A DNA stretch of 64,000 bases from a virus: the IMG/VR virus record IMGVR_UViG_3300045988_095709, positions 1 to 64,000 of that record; one strand, written 5' to 3'. The position numbers and the translations under genes were made by a program. This document shows positions 37,887 to 50,955 of the stretch, piece by piece. The notes under the pieces are model-generated. The model saw only the letters and a program-made list of their open reading frames with translations, had not been told where the DNA came from and searched no databases. Position 1 is the stretch's first letter. Each line of letters opens with the position of its first letter.

Positions 37887-39950
37887 ATGGTAAACTTTAA
37901 TTAGAAATTTCATAATACAGATAAATTCAGACAAGCAGCTTTATATTTTATGGAGCACGGAACATATACTAGTGCGCCTCCTGGTACTACTGATTACGTA
38001 GCGTATTGGGATAGAGAAACAGAAAGATGTATTAATGGATTTACTGCAGAAGACGGGGAGTATATTACTGGATACCATTATTTTTATTTGAACTACTCCC
38101 CTATATATACAATAAAAGCTGAACAATATACAGATAGAGGAGGAAATAAAAGAACAAGACGTATTCGTTCTTTGTCGTTCCCTTCTTTTTGGGATTATGA
38201 TGCGTACTATTATTATACAATTGAAGCCGCCGAAGATGTTGGAAAACATTTAGCTGTACTCAAATGTAGAAAGAGAGGTTATAGTTTTAAAGGAGCTTCA
38301 ATGTTAGTACGTAATTATGAATTGATACCTGGATCAAAGAACTTCGCTGTAGCTTCTGAGCAGAAGTATTTGATCGGTGACGGATTACTTACTAAAGCGT
38401 GGGCTATCATGGACTTTTGTGATAGAAACACGGCTTGGGCAAAACAGCGTCTAAAATCTACGAGTATGGAAAGAACATCCGGATTCAAAATAAAAGACGA
38501 ATTCGGAAAAGAAACAGAAGATGGATACATGTCCAGTATAATAGGAATAACTCTTAAGAATGATGCAGAAAGAATAAGAGGTACTCGTGGAAAATTAATA
38601 TTATGGGAAGAGGCTGGAAAATTTGCAGATATAAAAGAAGCATGGTCTATAGCAAGATCTTCTCTAGAATCGGATGATGGAGTGGCTTTCGGAACACAAA
38701 TAGCATTTGGTACTGGTGGTACTGAAGGAGTTGACTTCGAAGGTTTGAAAGATATGTTTTTTCATCCGGATTCTTATAATATATATTCGTAGCCAAACAT
38801 ATGGGATGATAACGCAGAAGAAACAAATTGTGGATTCTTCTGTCCGCAATGGTCTAATATGGAGGGTTTCGATGAAAAAGGAAATTAGATGTTTATGGAT
38901 AAAGACGGAAACTCGTTGAGAGAACTATCCATAAAAGAATGTGTAAAACAAAGAAAAGAAGTACAAGACGGTAGAGGAGATCAATAGTTATTAGATAGAT
39001 TTATAGCGGAAAGACCGCTAAAACCAGCAGAAGCTGTATTGGAACTTGGTGGAAATATATTCCCTAGAAAACAATTATTAGATCAACTTAATAGACTAAG
39101 AACAAATATAAAACTATAGAATATGAAACATGTGGTTGATCTATCATGGGATGGAGACGGAAAAGTAAAAGCCACAGAGAAAAAATCTGGAGATATTACA
39201 ACATATCCGCTAAAGTCTGGAGAAAAACCAGAAGGCTCTGTTGTAATATGGGAATATCCAATAATAAATCCACCATACGGATTATATATAGCAGGGTTAG
39301 ACCCTTACGATTAGAATGAATCTGGAACAAATTCTCTAGGATCTATAATAATATATAAAAGATTCAAAGCGGGAGAAGCTTGGACAGATACTATAGTTGC
39401 AGAATATTCCGGAAGACCCGGAACTGCAGATGAATATTACGAAAATGTTCGTAAGTTATTAATATTTTATAATGCGAGATGTTTGTATGAAAATGAAAAA
39501 ATAGGAATATATCAACATTTCGTAAATAAACATTGTGATTATTTATTAGCCGATCAACCAGATAAAGTCATAGCTCAGATATTTAGAGATTCTAGAGTTA
39601 ATAGAAAAAAAGGATGTCACATGACAAAACAGGTAAGATAGTTTGCCGAGGAAAAAATAAATGAATGGTTAAGAGAAGAATACGCTCCAGGACATCCTAA
39701 TTTAGAAAGAATATATAGTGAACCGTTATTAGAAGAATTAATAATGACGAACGGAGAAAGAAACGTTGACCGAGTTATTGCTTTATGTATGGTAATGATA
39801 TATAGAGAAGAATTATATCAATTAAAAGTATCTGAGGCTAAATAGTAGAATAAACAAGTCGAACTGTTCGATTTACCATTGTTTGGTACTTAGTGGTGGA
39901 ATGACGATAGTAAATCAGAAGACGACGGTATACCGATATTTCAATTTTAA
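37887..39950 (+). CDS. terL: Terminase large subunit
   Basis: 687 codons in one frame, 10 TAG, no TAA or TGA, checked triplet by triplet. Walker A-like KCRKRGYSFKG and Walker B LILWEEAG. Nuclease Asp motifs IAGLDPYD and NVDRVIAL lie downstream of the TAGs. Confidence 0.85.
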
Positions 39951-39952
39951 TT

Positions 39953-42448
39953 ATGATAGAAGATAATTTGTATAACTCCAGATTTCCATAGCAAAAATTA
40001 CCATTATCTAAAAAGAACAAGAAATGGCAAACAGATTGCGTAAATTATATAATCGGAGAAGGAAATATAGTTTCTGGTGCACAATCAAAAACAGAATTTG
40101 GCGAATTATAGACTTATTATAATCTTTACAATAGTATTTTCGACGAAAAAGATTTCAAGAAAATAACAAATCCGTTTAAAGTAGAAGATGGATTTCCTGC
40201 TACACCACAAGATTTTAATATAATAAGACCTAAAATAGATTTGCTAATTGGAGAAGAAACAAAAAGACCATTCAACTTTACTGTTACTAGAACATCATAG
40301 GAATCAGCTTCAGAGTTGATGGATAAACAAAAATAGTTAGTGTTGCAGTATGCTATGTCTTTCTTTAATTCACAACTTGGTCCAGAAGAACAGCAATAGT
40401 TCCAAGAACAAATAGCAAATGGAGAAGTAATGCCTCCTGAGCAAATTGCTAAGTATATGGACAAAGACTTTAAAGATGTTGTTGAAAACACAGCATATCA
40501 TACTATAATGTACTTAAGAAAAAAGTTATCTACGGATAACGAATTCATAAAAGGATGGAAAGACGCACTTATCGGTGGTAGAGAAATTTATTACGTAGGA
40601 GTATTAAATTCTGAACCGTTTTTAGAGCGTGTAAATCCTATGTAGTTATCTTTCGACAAGAGTCCTGATCTAGAATACATAGAAGACGGATCTTGGTGTT
40701 GTAGGAAAATGAGACTTCCTATAGCAGAAGTGTACGATAGATACTACGATAAATTAACAGAAAAAGATTTAAATAAATTAGAAGAAATGATGAATGCTGT
40801 ACCTGCAAACAATATTGGTGAGCATAATCCTGTTGACGACTTCAAAGGAATATAGTTTCATTTCTATGACAATCCTTTATATGATGAAAAAAATAGTCAT
40901 TGTATAAACGTATGGCATTGTTGTTGGAAGTCTTTTAAAAAGATATTCTATGTTACTACTGTTGACGAAACAGGACAGACTCAAATAGATATTGTAGACG
41001 AAACTTATCAAAAGACTGGTACAGAAATAAGTGTTGAACCTGATTGGGTAATAGAAGTTTGGGAAGGATACAGAGCGTCTAACGATTTATATTTTGGAAT
41101 ATAGCCGTTAGAATATCAGCATATAAGTATAGATAATCCTAACAGTTAGAAATTACCTTATTGTGGCGCAATATATAGTAATACTAATAGTAAACCACGT
41201 TCATTGGTTAGCATATTAAAACCATTACAATATATGTATATTGTACTTTGGTACAGGTTAGAGTTAGCTTTAGCTAGAGATAAAGGAAAAGTCGTAAACA
41301 TGGATATAACATAGATACCTAAATCTATGAATATAACTCCCGATCGATGGCTTCATTATTTATCTAGTGTCGGTGTTAACTTCATAAATCCTTACGAAGA
41401 AGGTTGGAATATAGCTGGTCGAGAAGGTGGAAAACCGGCAACTTATAATCAAATAACGGCATTGGATCTTACAATGAGTAATGTAATAGCTGAGTATATT
41501 CAACTCATGGATAAGATAGAACAACTAGCCGGAACTATTTCAGGAATTACTGAACAAAGACAAGGAGCAATTTCTACTTCAGAATTAGTAGGAAATGTTG
41601 AACGAAGTGTTATACAATCTTCACATATAACTGAGCCTTTATTCTGGACTCACAATTAGGTAAAGAAACACGCGTTAACTATGCTTCTAAATACAGCAAA
41701 AGGTGTATGGTAGGATTTAGGAAAAACAAAACTACAATACATATTTGACAACGGAGAAAGAGCTTTTATAAATATACCTGAAAAATTCTATTATGAAGAT
41801 ATAGATATATTTATGAGCGATACTTCAAAAGACGCAGAAAACATACAAAAACTACAAAGTCTTATACAGCCAGCTATGCAAAATGGTGCATCGTTGTTAG
41901 AGGCTGCAGAAGTTCTTACTAATGATAACTTTAATATAATCAAACAGAAACTTAAAGATATGCAAACTAGACAAGAACAGATGCAACAACAACAGCAGCA
42001 GGCAGAAACTGAAAGAGCTGAAAAGATTCAACAAATGCAGAATCAAGCAAAAGAACAAGAACTTATGCTTAAAGAAGCAGAGATGGATCTGGAAAGATAT
42101 AAGATCGATTAGGATAATGCTACTAAAATAGCTGTAGCCGAAATTAGTACTTATAGAGGTAGTGAAGATAAGGATATAGATATGAATGGAATATCTGATC
42201 CTATAGAAATAGCCAAAGATGCTACTGCTCAAATGAAAATACGTGAGGATCAGTATACTAAGAGATACGAAACCGAACAGAAGAAAGAAATAGAACAGTA
42301 GAAGATAAAATTAGCAAGAGAGCAAATGAATCACGAAACTGAGCTTTAGAAATTAAAAGATAAAGCAGCAATGGAACGTGAATAGTTAAAAGCAAGGACC
42401 GCATTAAAAAATAAAACAAATGCAGAAGCTGCTAAAAGTAAAAATTAA
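39953..42448 (+). CDS. Portal protein
   Basis: 831 codons, 16 in-frame TAG by my count. Track fragments 40430, 41327 and 41813 share the frame. ISGITEQRQG-type portal segment and a Gln-rich C-terminal coiled coil. TAA stop. Confidence 0.75.
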
Positions 42449-42473
42449 TTAATAATTTAAAAATTTTAGTATT

Positions 42474-42548
42474 ATGGCATGTGGAAACAAAAAGAGCTCA
42501 TCTAAGAAGTCTTCTGGAAGCAAGACTAGCTCTGGAAAAAAGAAGTAA
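42474..42548 (+). CDS. Tiny Lys/Ser-rich peptide (24 aa)
   Basis: MACGNKKSSSKKSSGSKTSSGKKK. Weak call. Confidence 0.25.
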   Translation: MACGNKKSSSKKSSGSKTSSGKKK

Positions 42549-42550
42549 TT

Positions 42551-43993
42551 ATGAAAAAACCTAAAAGAAGGGGATATGTTCCTAGTAGAAATGTAAGGAA
42601 TCATATCTACAAATGGGAAGCTTCAGATATAAAAGCTCAAAATAAAAAATTTGGTGGAGACGCTATAAAAGCAAAAGCTGCAGAATTTAATGCTATGTTA
42701 GGAGATTATGCTACTAGAATAGGATAGAATACTGCAGACGCTTTATTCTCTACTTATTATAATATTTCTCCTAATACATTTAAAGAACGAATACTCCCTT
42801 CTGTAATAGATTACGCTAAAAATTCTACTAAAGAGAATTATAATAAAGTACACGATATAATGATGAATCGTTATACGTGGGCTGATAAAAAATATCAACG
42901 TGGAATAAAAAAAAGAGCTGCAGCAGATGCGGCTTTATCGAAACCTATAATAGAAATAAACTACGATGACGTAGTTAATGACGCATTAGAACAACCTATA
43001 GATGTGTTAAGAGTTGAAACTCCTAAAATAATAAAACCTATAAAAATAAAAAGTACTCCTATAATACAATAGGAGCAAGAACAAGCTCCTATTTATTTAT
43101 AGAAACCAGAAATATTACCTAATATAATAGACACTTGGAATAACGTACAAAAAGGAAATACATTATAGATTCCTCAATTTAAAGATGGTAAAGATTCTAT
43201 AATTTTAGATACTATAAATTATAATAAATATAAAGAAAGTTTACCTAAAAATTTAAGATCAGACAATATAGATTATAATTTATACGAAGCGTATAAAATA
43301 AATATGAAACCAGAATTGTAGGAAGACGGAACATATCATTTAGGAAGTAGAAATCCGTATAATGGAAAAATATTGAAATCAACATTTCATCCTACTTTTA
43401 GTAAAGCTATATACGAAGATATGAAGATGGGATATTATCCGCAATACAATAACGGAGATATATATACTCAAAAAATATTTTAGTATGAAGATGGTAAAGA
43501 TTCTTTATGGAATGAATATTCTAAATTTAACGACAGTGCTTTAAGTATACCAGTTAAGTTTTTAGATCCTACTGGAATATCTTCGTGGAAAGACGCATAT
43601 GATGCGTGGACTAGTGAAAATTTAAACATTCCAGATGCTATATTTGAAACTGTAGGAGCAATACCTCTTATAGGAAAAATAGCAAAAATAGGAAAAGCTG
43701 CAAAATTATTATCTAAAGATAAATAGTTATTTAAAACTCAAGATTATATATTAAGAGGTATAGGTACTTCTCATGATGTACAACAGCAGATAAAAAAGCA
43801 CAATAACGGTAAAGATTCTGGAATACATATTAAAAAAGCAAATGTTGGTAAATTCACAAATGCTGCAAAACAACATGGAATGAGTGTTCAACAGTTTGCA
43901 AATAAGGTACTAAAAGCGCCAAAAGGAAAGTATAGTTCAACACTTAGAAAAAGAGCAAATTTCGCAAGAAATGCTAAAAACTTTAATCATTAA
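42551..43993 (+). CDS. Hypothetical virion protein with three (K/E/N)(D/N)GKDS motifs
   Basis: 480 aa, 7 in-frame TAG, full triplet check, TAA stop. Confidence 0.7.
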
Positions 43994-44050
43994 TGCGTAA
44001 AAACATTTGTTTGTTTTTACAGGCACAAAAAACTAATTATAAATATAATT

Positions 44051-45202
44051 ATGGCAAGAAAAAAAGATAGTCTTTCTGTTTTCGAAGATACATTGAATAA
44101 ATTAGGATATAGTAATCCTGAAATTAAAGAAAATGTAACAAGTCTAGACGACGTTTTAGACAACGAACAGGAAACAGATATAGATGATATAGATGATAAT
44201 CCAGTAAACAAAACTGAGGAAAATAAAGAAGTAGATCCTGAATTAAAAGAAGACAATACTGAAATACCAGAAGGTGTATTTCAAGGTAAAGATCAGGAAA
44301 ATAAAGACGGCGAAAAAAATGCTACAGAAGAACAGACAGAAGAAGAGGAAATAGAAGACATAACAGAAGAAGAATCTTCTCAGGTCGGAGCATTTTTTGA
44401 CGCGTTCGCTGAGTCTTTAGGATGGGATGTTTCAGACGAAGAAAGACCTGATTCTATAGAAGGTCTTATAAGTTACATACAATAGATTGTAGAACAAAAT
44501 TCAAAACCAGAATATGCTGACGAACGAATTCAGCATCTTGACGAATACGTCAAAAACGGTGGAAAGTTTGAAGACTTCTATAACAATATGTCTCAATCTA
44601 TTTCGTATGACGACTTAGACGTAGAGAACGAAACTGATCAGAAACTTGCAGTAAGAGACTACTTAAAGCTTCAAGGTTATACTGAAGAACAAATATCTAA
44701 AAAGATACAAAGATACGAAGACGCTGATGTACTAGAAGACGAGGCTTCTGACGCAATAGAAAGACTGAAAGAAATAAAACAGTTGGAATTAGAAGAGACT
44801 CAGAGACAGCAGCAACAGTATGCAGAAAGACAAAGACAATCTGCAATACAATTCGTATCAGATCTGAATAATAAAATAAGCAATATAACATCTATAAGAG
44901 GTGTTTAGATTCCAAAGCAGGACAGAAAACTTTTGTTTGATTATATTACAAAAGTAGATGCAAATGGAATGACACAGTATCAAAAAGATTTTAATAAGAA
45001 TATGATAAATAATCTTATAGAATCTGCTTATTTTACTATGAAGGGTGATCAATTAATAAATGAAGCTACAAAGACAGGTCAAACTAACGCAGTTAACAAA
45101 CTAAGAAAAACATTAAAACATCAATTTAAAAATCATTCAACTTATAATACACAAGAAGAAAAACAACGTTCATTGATAGATTTAGCGTCAAAATGGATCT
45201 AA
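44051..45202 (+). CDS. Scaffold-like protein (acidic N-terminus, coiled coil)
   Basis: 383 aa, 2 in-frame TAG. Lies immediately upstream of the capsid gene. Confidence 0.6.
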
Positions 45203-45230
45203 TGAACATATTTAAAAAATCAATTAAAAT

Positions 45231-46751
45231 ATGAATACACTTTTAAACAATCTTCAACTTTATAGAGGACGTCGTTTCTCTGATCTGGTTGATGAAAACA
45301 TGATTTCAAACGCACTATTAACAAAGCCTCATGAGGTTTCAGGTCTTCTTTCTCTTGTATTTGGTACAAAGGATGACGGAGTATCTACAGCTATTGACTT
45401 GATTACTGGAGGTCTTGGTAAAACAATGATTATCGAAAACCGCGAATATGAGTGGTCAGTAATGATCGACAGCGACCATGCGGTTAACATTCGTTATGCT
45501 AAGTATAACGGAAAGGAGCTTACAGATTCAGATATCGATACAGTAACTCCTGGTATTAATGGTTCTCCTATTTATATAGGTCTCGAGGAGAAGTGGTTTG
45601 GACCTGGTGCAATTCTCTCATTCGACGATTATAATTTTCAGGTTCGTGTTAACGGAAAGCCCTATCAGGATGGAAGCACATGGGTATACGAGTGCTACGT
45701 TGCAGACGGATTTGCAAGCTCATATATTCCTGTTGAGTATCTTCTTCCTGGAAGACAGGTTAGCCGTATTGGTAGCGCATACGAAGAGTATAGCGACGAG
45801 GCAGATATCATAAACTATCAGACACCGTTTAAGATGCGTAACAATCTTAACACACTCCGTCTGTCTTATGATATTACAGGTGACGCTTATTCTACAGTAT
45901 TGGCTATCGCTCTGAAGGATCCTGAGACAGGTAAGACATCTTATCTGTGGGCAGATTACCAGTATTGGTTGGCTCTTCGTCAGTGGAAGAAGCGTGAGGA
46001 GACAATGCTTCTGTTCTCTCACTCTAACAGAAATGCTGACGGTACATACGCACTCAAGGGAACTAACGGACGTGTTGTTCCAATTAGCGCTGGTCTGTTT
46101 GAGCAGGTTTCTCCGGCAAATATTCGTTATTACACAACACTGACTGCAGAATTGCTCGAGGATTATCTGTTCGATCTCACATACAATCTTCTCGGAACAC
46201 AGGAGCGCAAGTTTATGGCTCTTACTGGTGAGATGGGTATTCGTGAATTCGATCGCGTACTTCGCGAAAAGGCTGCTGGATTCCAGCTTATTGATACGAA
46301 ATTTATTACTGGCTCAGGTCAGGAATTGACACTCGGTGGTCAGTTTACAACATATAAGATGACAAACGGTATTGAGTTGACAGTTAAGCGTTGTGCTCTG
46401 TTCGACAATATGGAACTGTTCCGTCAGCTCCATCCGATTTCTGGAAAACCGTTGATGTCATACACATTCTTGTTCGTAGATCTCGGACAGCGTGACGGAC
46501 AGGCAAACATCGTTAAGGTTTGTCGTAAGGGTCGTGAGTTTGTACAGTGGGTTACTGGTGGTTCTGTAATTCCTAGCGGATATGCAAACAGCATCAATAC
46601 TCTGCGTTCTAACTCTAGAGATGGTTATCAGGTTCACTTCCTCGGTGAATTCGGTATAATGCTTCGTAATCCTCTGTCTTGCGGTATTCTCTACTGCGAT
46701 GCTGAAGATACAGATATACGTAACGAGGGTAATGCTAACGTAACAGCGTAA
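45231..46751 (+). CDS. Putative major capsid protein
   Basis: 506 aa, no TAG, GC-rich (a sampled 60-nt line is 47% GC). Position is downstream of TerL, portal and the scaffold-like gene. Stem-loop follows at 46778-46794. Confidence 0.6.
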   Translation: MNTLLNNLQLYRGRRFSDLVDENMISNALLTKPHEVSGLLSLVFGTKDDGVSTAIDLITGGLGKTMIIENREYEWSVMIDSDHAVNIRYAKYNGKELTDSDIDTVTPGINGSPIYIGLEEKWFGPGAILSFDDYNFQVRVNGKPYQDGSTWVYECYVADGFASSYIPVEYLLPGRQVSRIGSAYEEYSDEADIINYQTPFKMRNNLNTLRLSYDITGDAYSTVLAIALKDPETGKTSYLWADYQYWLALRQWKKREETMLLFSHSNRNADGTYALKGTNGRVVPISAGLFEQVSPANIRYYTTLTAELLEDYLFDLTYNLLGTQERKFMALTGEMGIREFDRVLREKAAGFQLIDTKFITGSGQELTLGGQFTTYKMTNGIELTVKRCALFDNMELFRQLHPISGKPLMSYTFLFVDLGQRDGQANIVKVCRKGREFVQWVTGGSVIPSGYANSINTLRSNSRDGYQVHFLGEFGIMLRNPLSCGILYCDAEDTDIRNEGNANVTA

Positions 46752-46831
46752 TATTTGTTTAAATGATAATGTTCGACAGGGGCGTAAAGCCCCTATGCCG
46801 ACATTGCAACATACTAATTTAAAAATAAATT

Positions 46832-47584
46832 ATGGTAGTTGAATTAAAGATTAAGAAGAAAAATCCCTGGGCTGGTTTGATAAAATATAAATCGTGTTTT
46901 GATTATATAGCACCTTACTTTACCAGATCCGGGTCGATATATACAGGACTTACTCCTGAAGAAGAAAGAAGATTTGAAAAAGAGTTGGGGTATACAGAAG
47001 GAACATTATCAAAAGAAAGTGACTTCTGGAAAACCTTTGTAGTAAAAGTTGGTGCCAGAGGTCTTTTGTTAGACGATCAGTATCCTAGATAGGAAATGAT
47101 TATAAAGTTCTTAAGTAATCACAAGAGAGTAGCCACATCTTTAAACAAGTTGGATGCTGGAAAAGATTATCTTTTAATCAATAGACAGGCAGAAGCTATA
47201 GAGCAGAATAGAATTAACAAACTTCGTAGAGATGCTATCAAAGAATTTGATAAGTTGTCTTTGGATCAGATGCGCAAATGTTTGCGTATTCTTGGTATCA
47301 AGTCTGATAACTTATCTAACGAATTAGTAGAGTCTACTTTATTTAATATGGTAGATAAAAATCCTAAGTCGTTCTTTAACAAGTGGGTTAATAATAAACA
47401 GAAAGAAACAGAATTCTTGCTCGAAGACGCTATTGCCAAAGGTATTATCAGAAAAGATAGAACTCAGTATTACTACGGATCTGAACTTATTGCTGATAGT
47501 CAGCAAGATGCAATTTCTTATTTGGATGCTAAGAAAAATCAAGATTTGAAACTTTCGATAATGAATTAGATTTCAAATAAATAA
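46832..47584 (+). CDS. Hypothetical head-associated protein
   Basis: 250 aa, 2 in-frame TAG (47090, 47567). The two track fragments share a frame. Confidence 0.65.
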
Positions 47585-47593
47585 TATTAAAAT

Positions 47594-48307
47594 ATGAAGC
47601 ATAGTGAGATTTATACAAAGTTTATGATATTGTACGACAAAGAAGAAACAATGTCGTCGTATCCTCCATTAACTGATTATGAAATCGCTACGCTGTTAAA
47701 TAAAGCTTATTTAGCATTAATTGCTTAGAAACTTACAGGAAACAATCCAAGACAGGTAGGTTTCGAAGCAGATATAAAAGCGATTGAAGATATAAGGCCG
47801 TTAATAATTACGCAATCACTTACTTCAATCGAATCTTAGTAGGTTACCGCTAGTAATGAAATATAGTATAATACCCCTGACAACCCTAAGATGTTGTATT
47901 ATATTCAATCTAGTCTGTAGACAAACGACAATAAAGAATCTATAGACGATAAAAATCACAATATGATTCCTACGTTTTTGATTTCGCATGACGATTCAGA
48001 AAGATTTAAAAATTCAAATTACAATTTACCTTGGATAAAAAATCCAGTAGTGTATTTAGAAGGAGACGTTTTGCACGTATTATATGATTCTTACAAAATC
48101 AAAAACCCAGGAAATCTTATAATTACTTATATTAAAGAACCTATTAAGTTTGAAAAAGACGAAAATAATAATTCTGATAATCAGGTTTTTGAACTAAACG
48201 ATAGTATGGCTGAAGAACTTATAAACTTAGCAATCATACTTTCGGCAGAAATAGTACAATCTCCTAGATTTACTAGTAAACTTCAAAGTAGACCATTAGA
48301 ATCATGA
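47594..48307 (+). CDS. Hypothetical structural protein
   Basis: 237 aa, 5 in-frame TAG, checked. TGA stop. Confidence 0.65.
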
Positions 48308-49050
48308 CAACAGAACAAACCAGATAGTTAGGTATAGAATTTGAAAGGAGATTACAACAAATATCTCCGGATTTTGAAATAACAAACAAATTAGATACCG
48401 ATACTATATATTCGTTTTTAAACGAGTATTAGTATAAATACATAAACGATTTATTTCTGTTGGAAGACCAAATAAATAATGGTTCAAAATCTGTAAACAA
48501 AATAAACGATACTATTAAAAACTTAATAACACACAAGACAATATCTGTTCCAGATAGAAATCCAGATACAGATAAATATTGTGAAGTTTTTAAATTACCG
48601 AATGACTATTATTTTTACATAAGATCTACTAGTATAATTGATAAACATTACAAAACTTCTCAAAAATTGGAGCATATGGTGTATGCCCCTAACGTTATGA
48701 TAAAACAATCAGAAGTAGCAAACGTTATCAATTCGTATTGTAATGATGGTGGTATCATAAGAAAACCATTAGTTGTATTAGAAAGTACGTAGAAAGGGTC
48801 TCCGTATATAAAAGTGATACACGATAGATATACACATTTGGATGCTATCGATCTCGTTTATTGCAGATAGCCTTATAACTTTAACGTACTCAATTATGAC
48901 GACGAAGATAAGTCTGATGGTGCTACACATAGCTACTGTGAATTACCATATTCGTGTTTTAACGAATTGGTAGAAGGTGCTATACAATTATACATACAGT
49001 AGTATAAGTACGCGTTACAAAAATCAAATAAAACTGAATCGAAACAATGA
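48304..49050 (+). CDS. Hypothetical structural protein
   Basis: 248 aa, 5 in-frame TAG, checked. Ends at TGA in an ATGA overlap. Confidence 0.65.
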
Positions 49051-49742
49051 GATATATAGATATACTGGTTAATTACGAAAGAGAAATTAACAAATTAGAT
49101 AGTACTATAGATAAACCGTCTGTTGACGATTCTTTGTTTTGGTTAAATCAAGCAGTAGGAAAATTCATCAAACAACGCTTTAATGGTGATTTTATACATA
49201 AAACTTCTTACGAACAAACAGAAAAAAGAAGAGCAGATTTAATAAAACTATATAAAGAAAAAATATATAATAAACAAGATATAAAGTACGAAAACAAACA
49301 GCCTTTATATGATGAATATATTGTAGAATTTCCTGAAGATTTTTTATTTACTCTAAATGAAGACGTGATAATATCTGATAATAAAGGAAATAATACTATA
49401 GATACTTGTGTTTTTGAATGTACGCAAGATAGTTTTATGTATAGAATCAATAATAGTCTTACTGATTTTCATTATAGATTTCATAGAGCAAGACCTCTGA
49501 GAATCAGAAATACAGATGGTTGTAAATTATTAACAGACAAAAATTATAAAATATACTAGTATACGCTAGGATATTTAAAAAAACCAACAGAAATAACTCT
49601 TGAAAATCCTTTTATGGAATATGAGGATTTTGAAGATATAATAATGTCAGAAATAATAAAAATCGCCGCTCAGATGTATATAGAAAATACAAAAGACGAA
49701 CGATATAAAACAATTTCTGAAGAAGTTAACACACAAGAATAA
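49047..49742 (+). CDS. Hypothetical structural protein
   Basis: 231 aa, 1 in-frame TAG (49557). TAA stop. Confidence 0.65.
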
Positions 49743-49820
49743 TTTTAACGTGGAAAGCCCAGCTAGTTAGGTCTAGTATTAATATAAGAGGGTGAGTAGA
49801 AAAAATTAATTTTAAAATAT

Positions 49821-50879
49821 ATGATAACATACGTAAACACAGTGCTTGTTGGAAAAGGAGCAAGCGCAATTGTAAGCACAGATACAGAACTCGTGCACGA
49901 AAGTAAAGATCTTACCAACGCTGGTAAGTATGTAATAATGGATATCGATAACGGAAAGCTTTTGTCAGCAGATACTGCAAACACAGCAAATAGAATTAAG
50001 ATCGGTATCATTCGTCCTGAAAATACTGCTATTCATCTTTCTGATGGTACAGTTAAGTATCATGACGTAATCAAGTGGTCAAACATAATAAGCAAGGATT
50101 CTATCATTTCTATTAACAGCCTTAAGTATGGTGCTGAGAAGAATACTGAAGAGAAGGTTACTGTAGATTTTTCTAATGTAAACACTCAGGTTATGGCAGA
50201 CTTCGCTAAGGGAGGAAAGAGAATCGTTCTTCGTATTACTTATAAGGATCTTCCTACTAGATATCGTAAGTGGACTGAGTCTTATGAGTATATTACAGCT
50301 CCTGAGGATACTGCAGATACTATTGCAGAGAGTTTTGCTGCTCAGATTAACGGACAGTACAAGAGAGCTAGAGTTACAGCTTCTGCTGCTTCTGGAGTAC
50401 TTACTCTTACAGCAATGCCTTATACAGATGATGATTCTAACGATTCTATCAACTGGGCAGAGACTGTACGTTTCAGTGTAAACTGCTACTTTACAGATCC
50501 TACTGCTGCAGCATTTGCTTCTAAGAACAAGTATGCAATTCTCGGTCTTGAGATCGAAAAGACTCCTGGAAAGAGATATGCTGCTGACGCTAAGCTTGTA
50601 CGTGATCGTGAAGCTAATGCTATGGGTTACGAAGGAATCCTTAACAAGGGATGCTGCACTTGGCCTATCATCAAGCCGGCAATGCAGGTAGATATTACTA
50701 AGAACTACGATGCTATTACATTGGAGTTCGAAAGAATGTATCGTGCTGCAGACGATATTTTCCGTAAGACGAAGGAAAGTATTGAGATCTATGACGTTAC
50801 TGGATCTTTGACAGACGTTGCTAAGGCTATTAAGAATTTCTCAGGAATGACTATAGCCGGAGACGATCTTACAGCGTAA
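49821..50879 (+). CDS. Abundant virion structural protein (second TAG-free, GC-rich gene)
   Basis: 352 aa, no TAG, host-like codons. Followed by terminator GGGGTC-TTTT-GACCCC. Confidence 0.7.
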   Translation: MITYVNTVLVGKGASAIVSTDTELVHESKDLTNAGKYVIMDIDNGKLLSADTANTANRIKIGIIRPENTAIHLSDGTVKYHDVIKWSNIISKDSIISINSLKYGAEKNTEEKVTVDFSNVNTQVMADFAKGGKRIVLRITYKDLPTRYRKWTESYEYITAPEDTADTIAESFAAQINGQYKRARVTASAASGVLTLTAMPYTDDDSNDSINWAETVRFSVNCYFTDPTAAAFASKNKYAILGLEIEKTPGKRYAADAKLVRDREANAMGYEGILNKGCCTWPIIKPAMQVDITKNYDAITLEFERMYRAADDIFRKTKESIEIYDVTGSLTDVAKAIKNFSGMTIAGDDLTA

Positions 50880-50909
50880 TATTAATTAATGTTTAATGTA
50901 GATGGGGTT

Positions 50910-50940
50910 GGGGTCTTTTGACCCCTATCCTATTTATTTT
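50910..50940 (+). terminator. Rho-independent-type terminator
   Basis: GGGGTC-TTTT-GACCCC (50910-50925), then a T-rich tail. Confidence 0.6.
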
Positions 50941-50955
50941 TTAATTACTATTGAT

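Noticed and set aside
50902-50955. Track start at 50902 for the Cys/His-rich protein
   Set aside because: That ATG lies inside the terminator hairpin GGGGTC-TTTT-GACCCC of the preceding gene. ATG 50956 is used instead.
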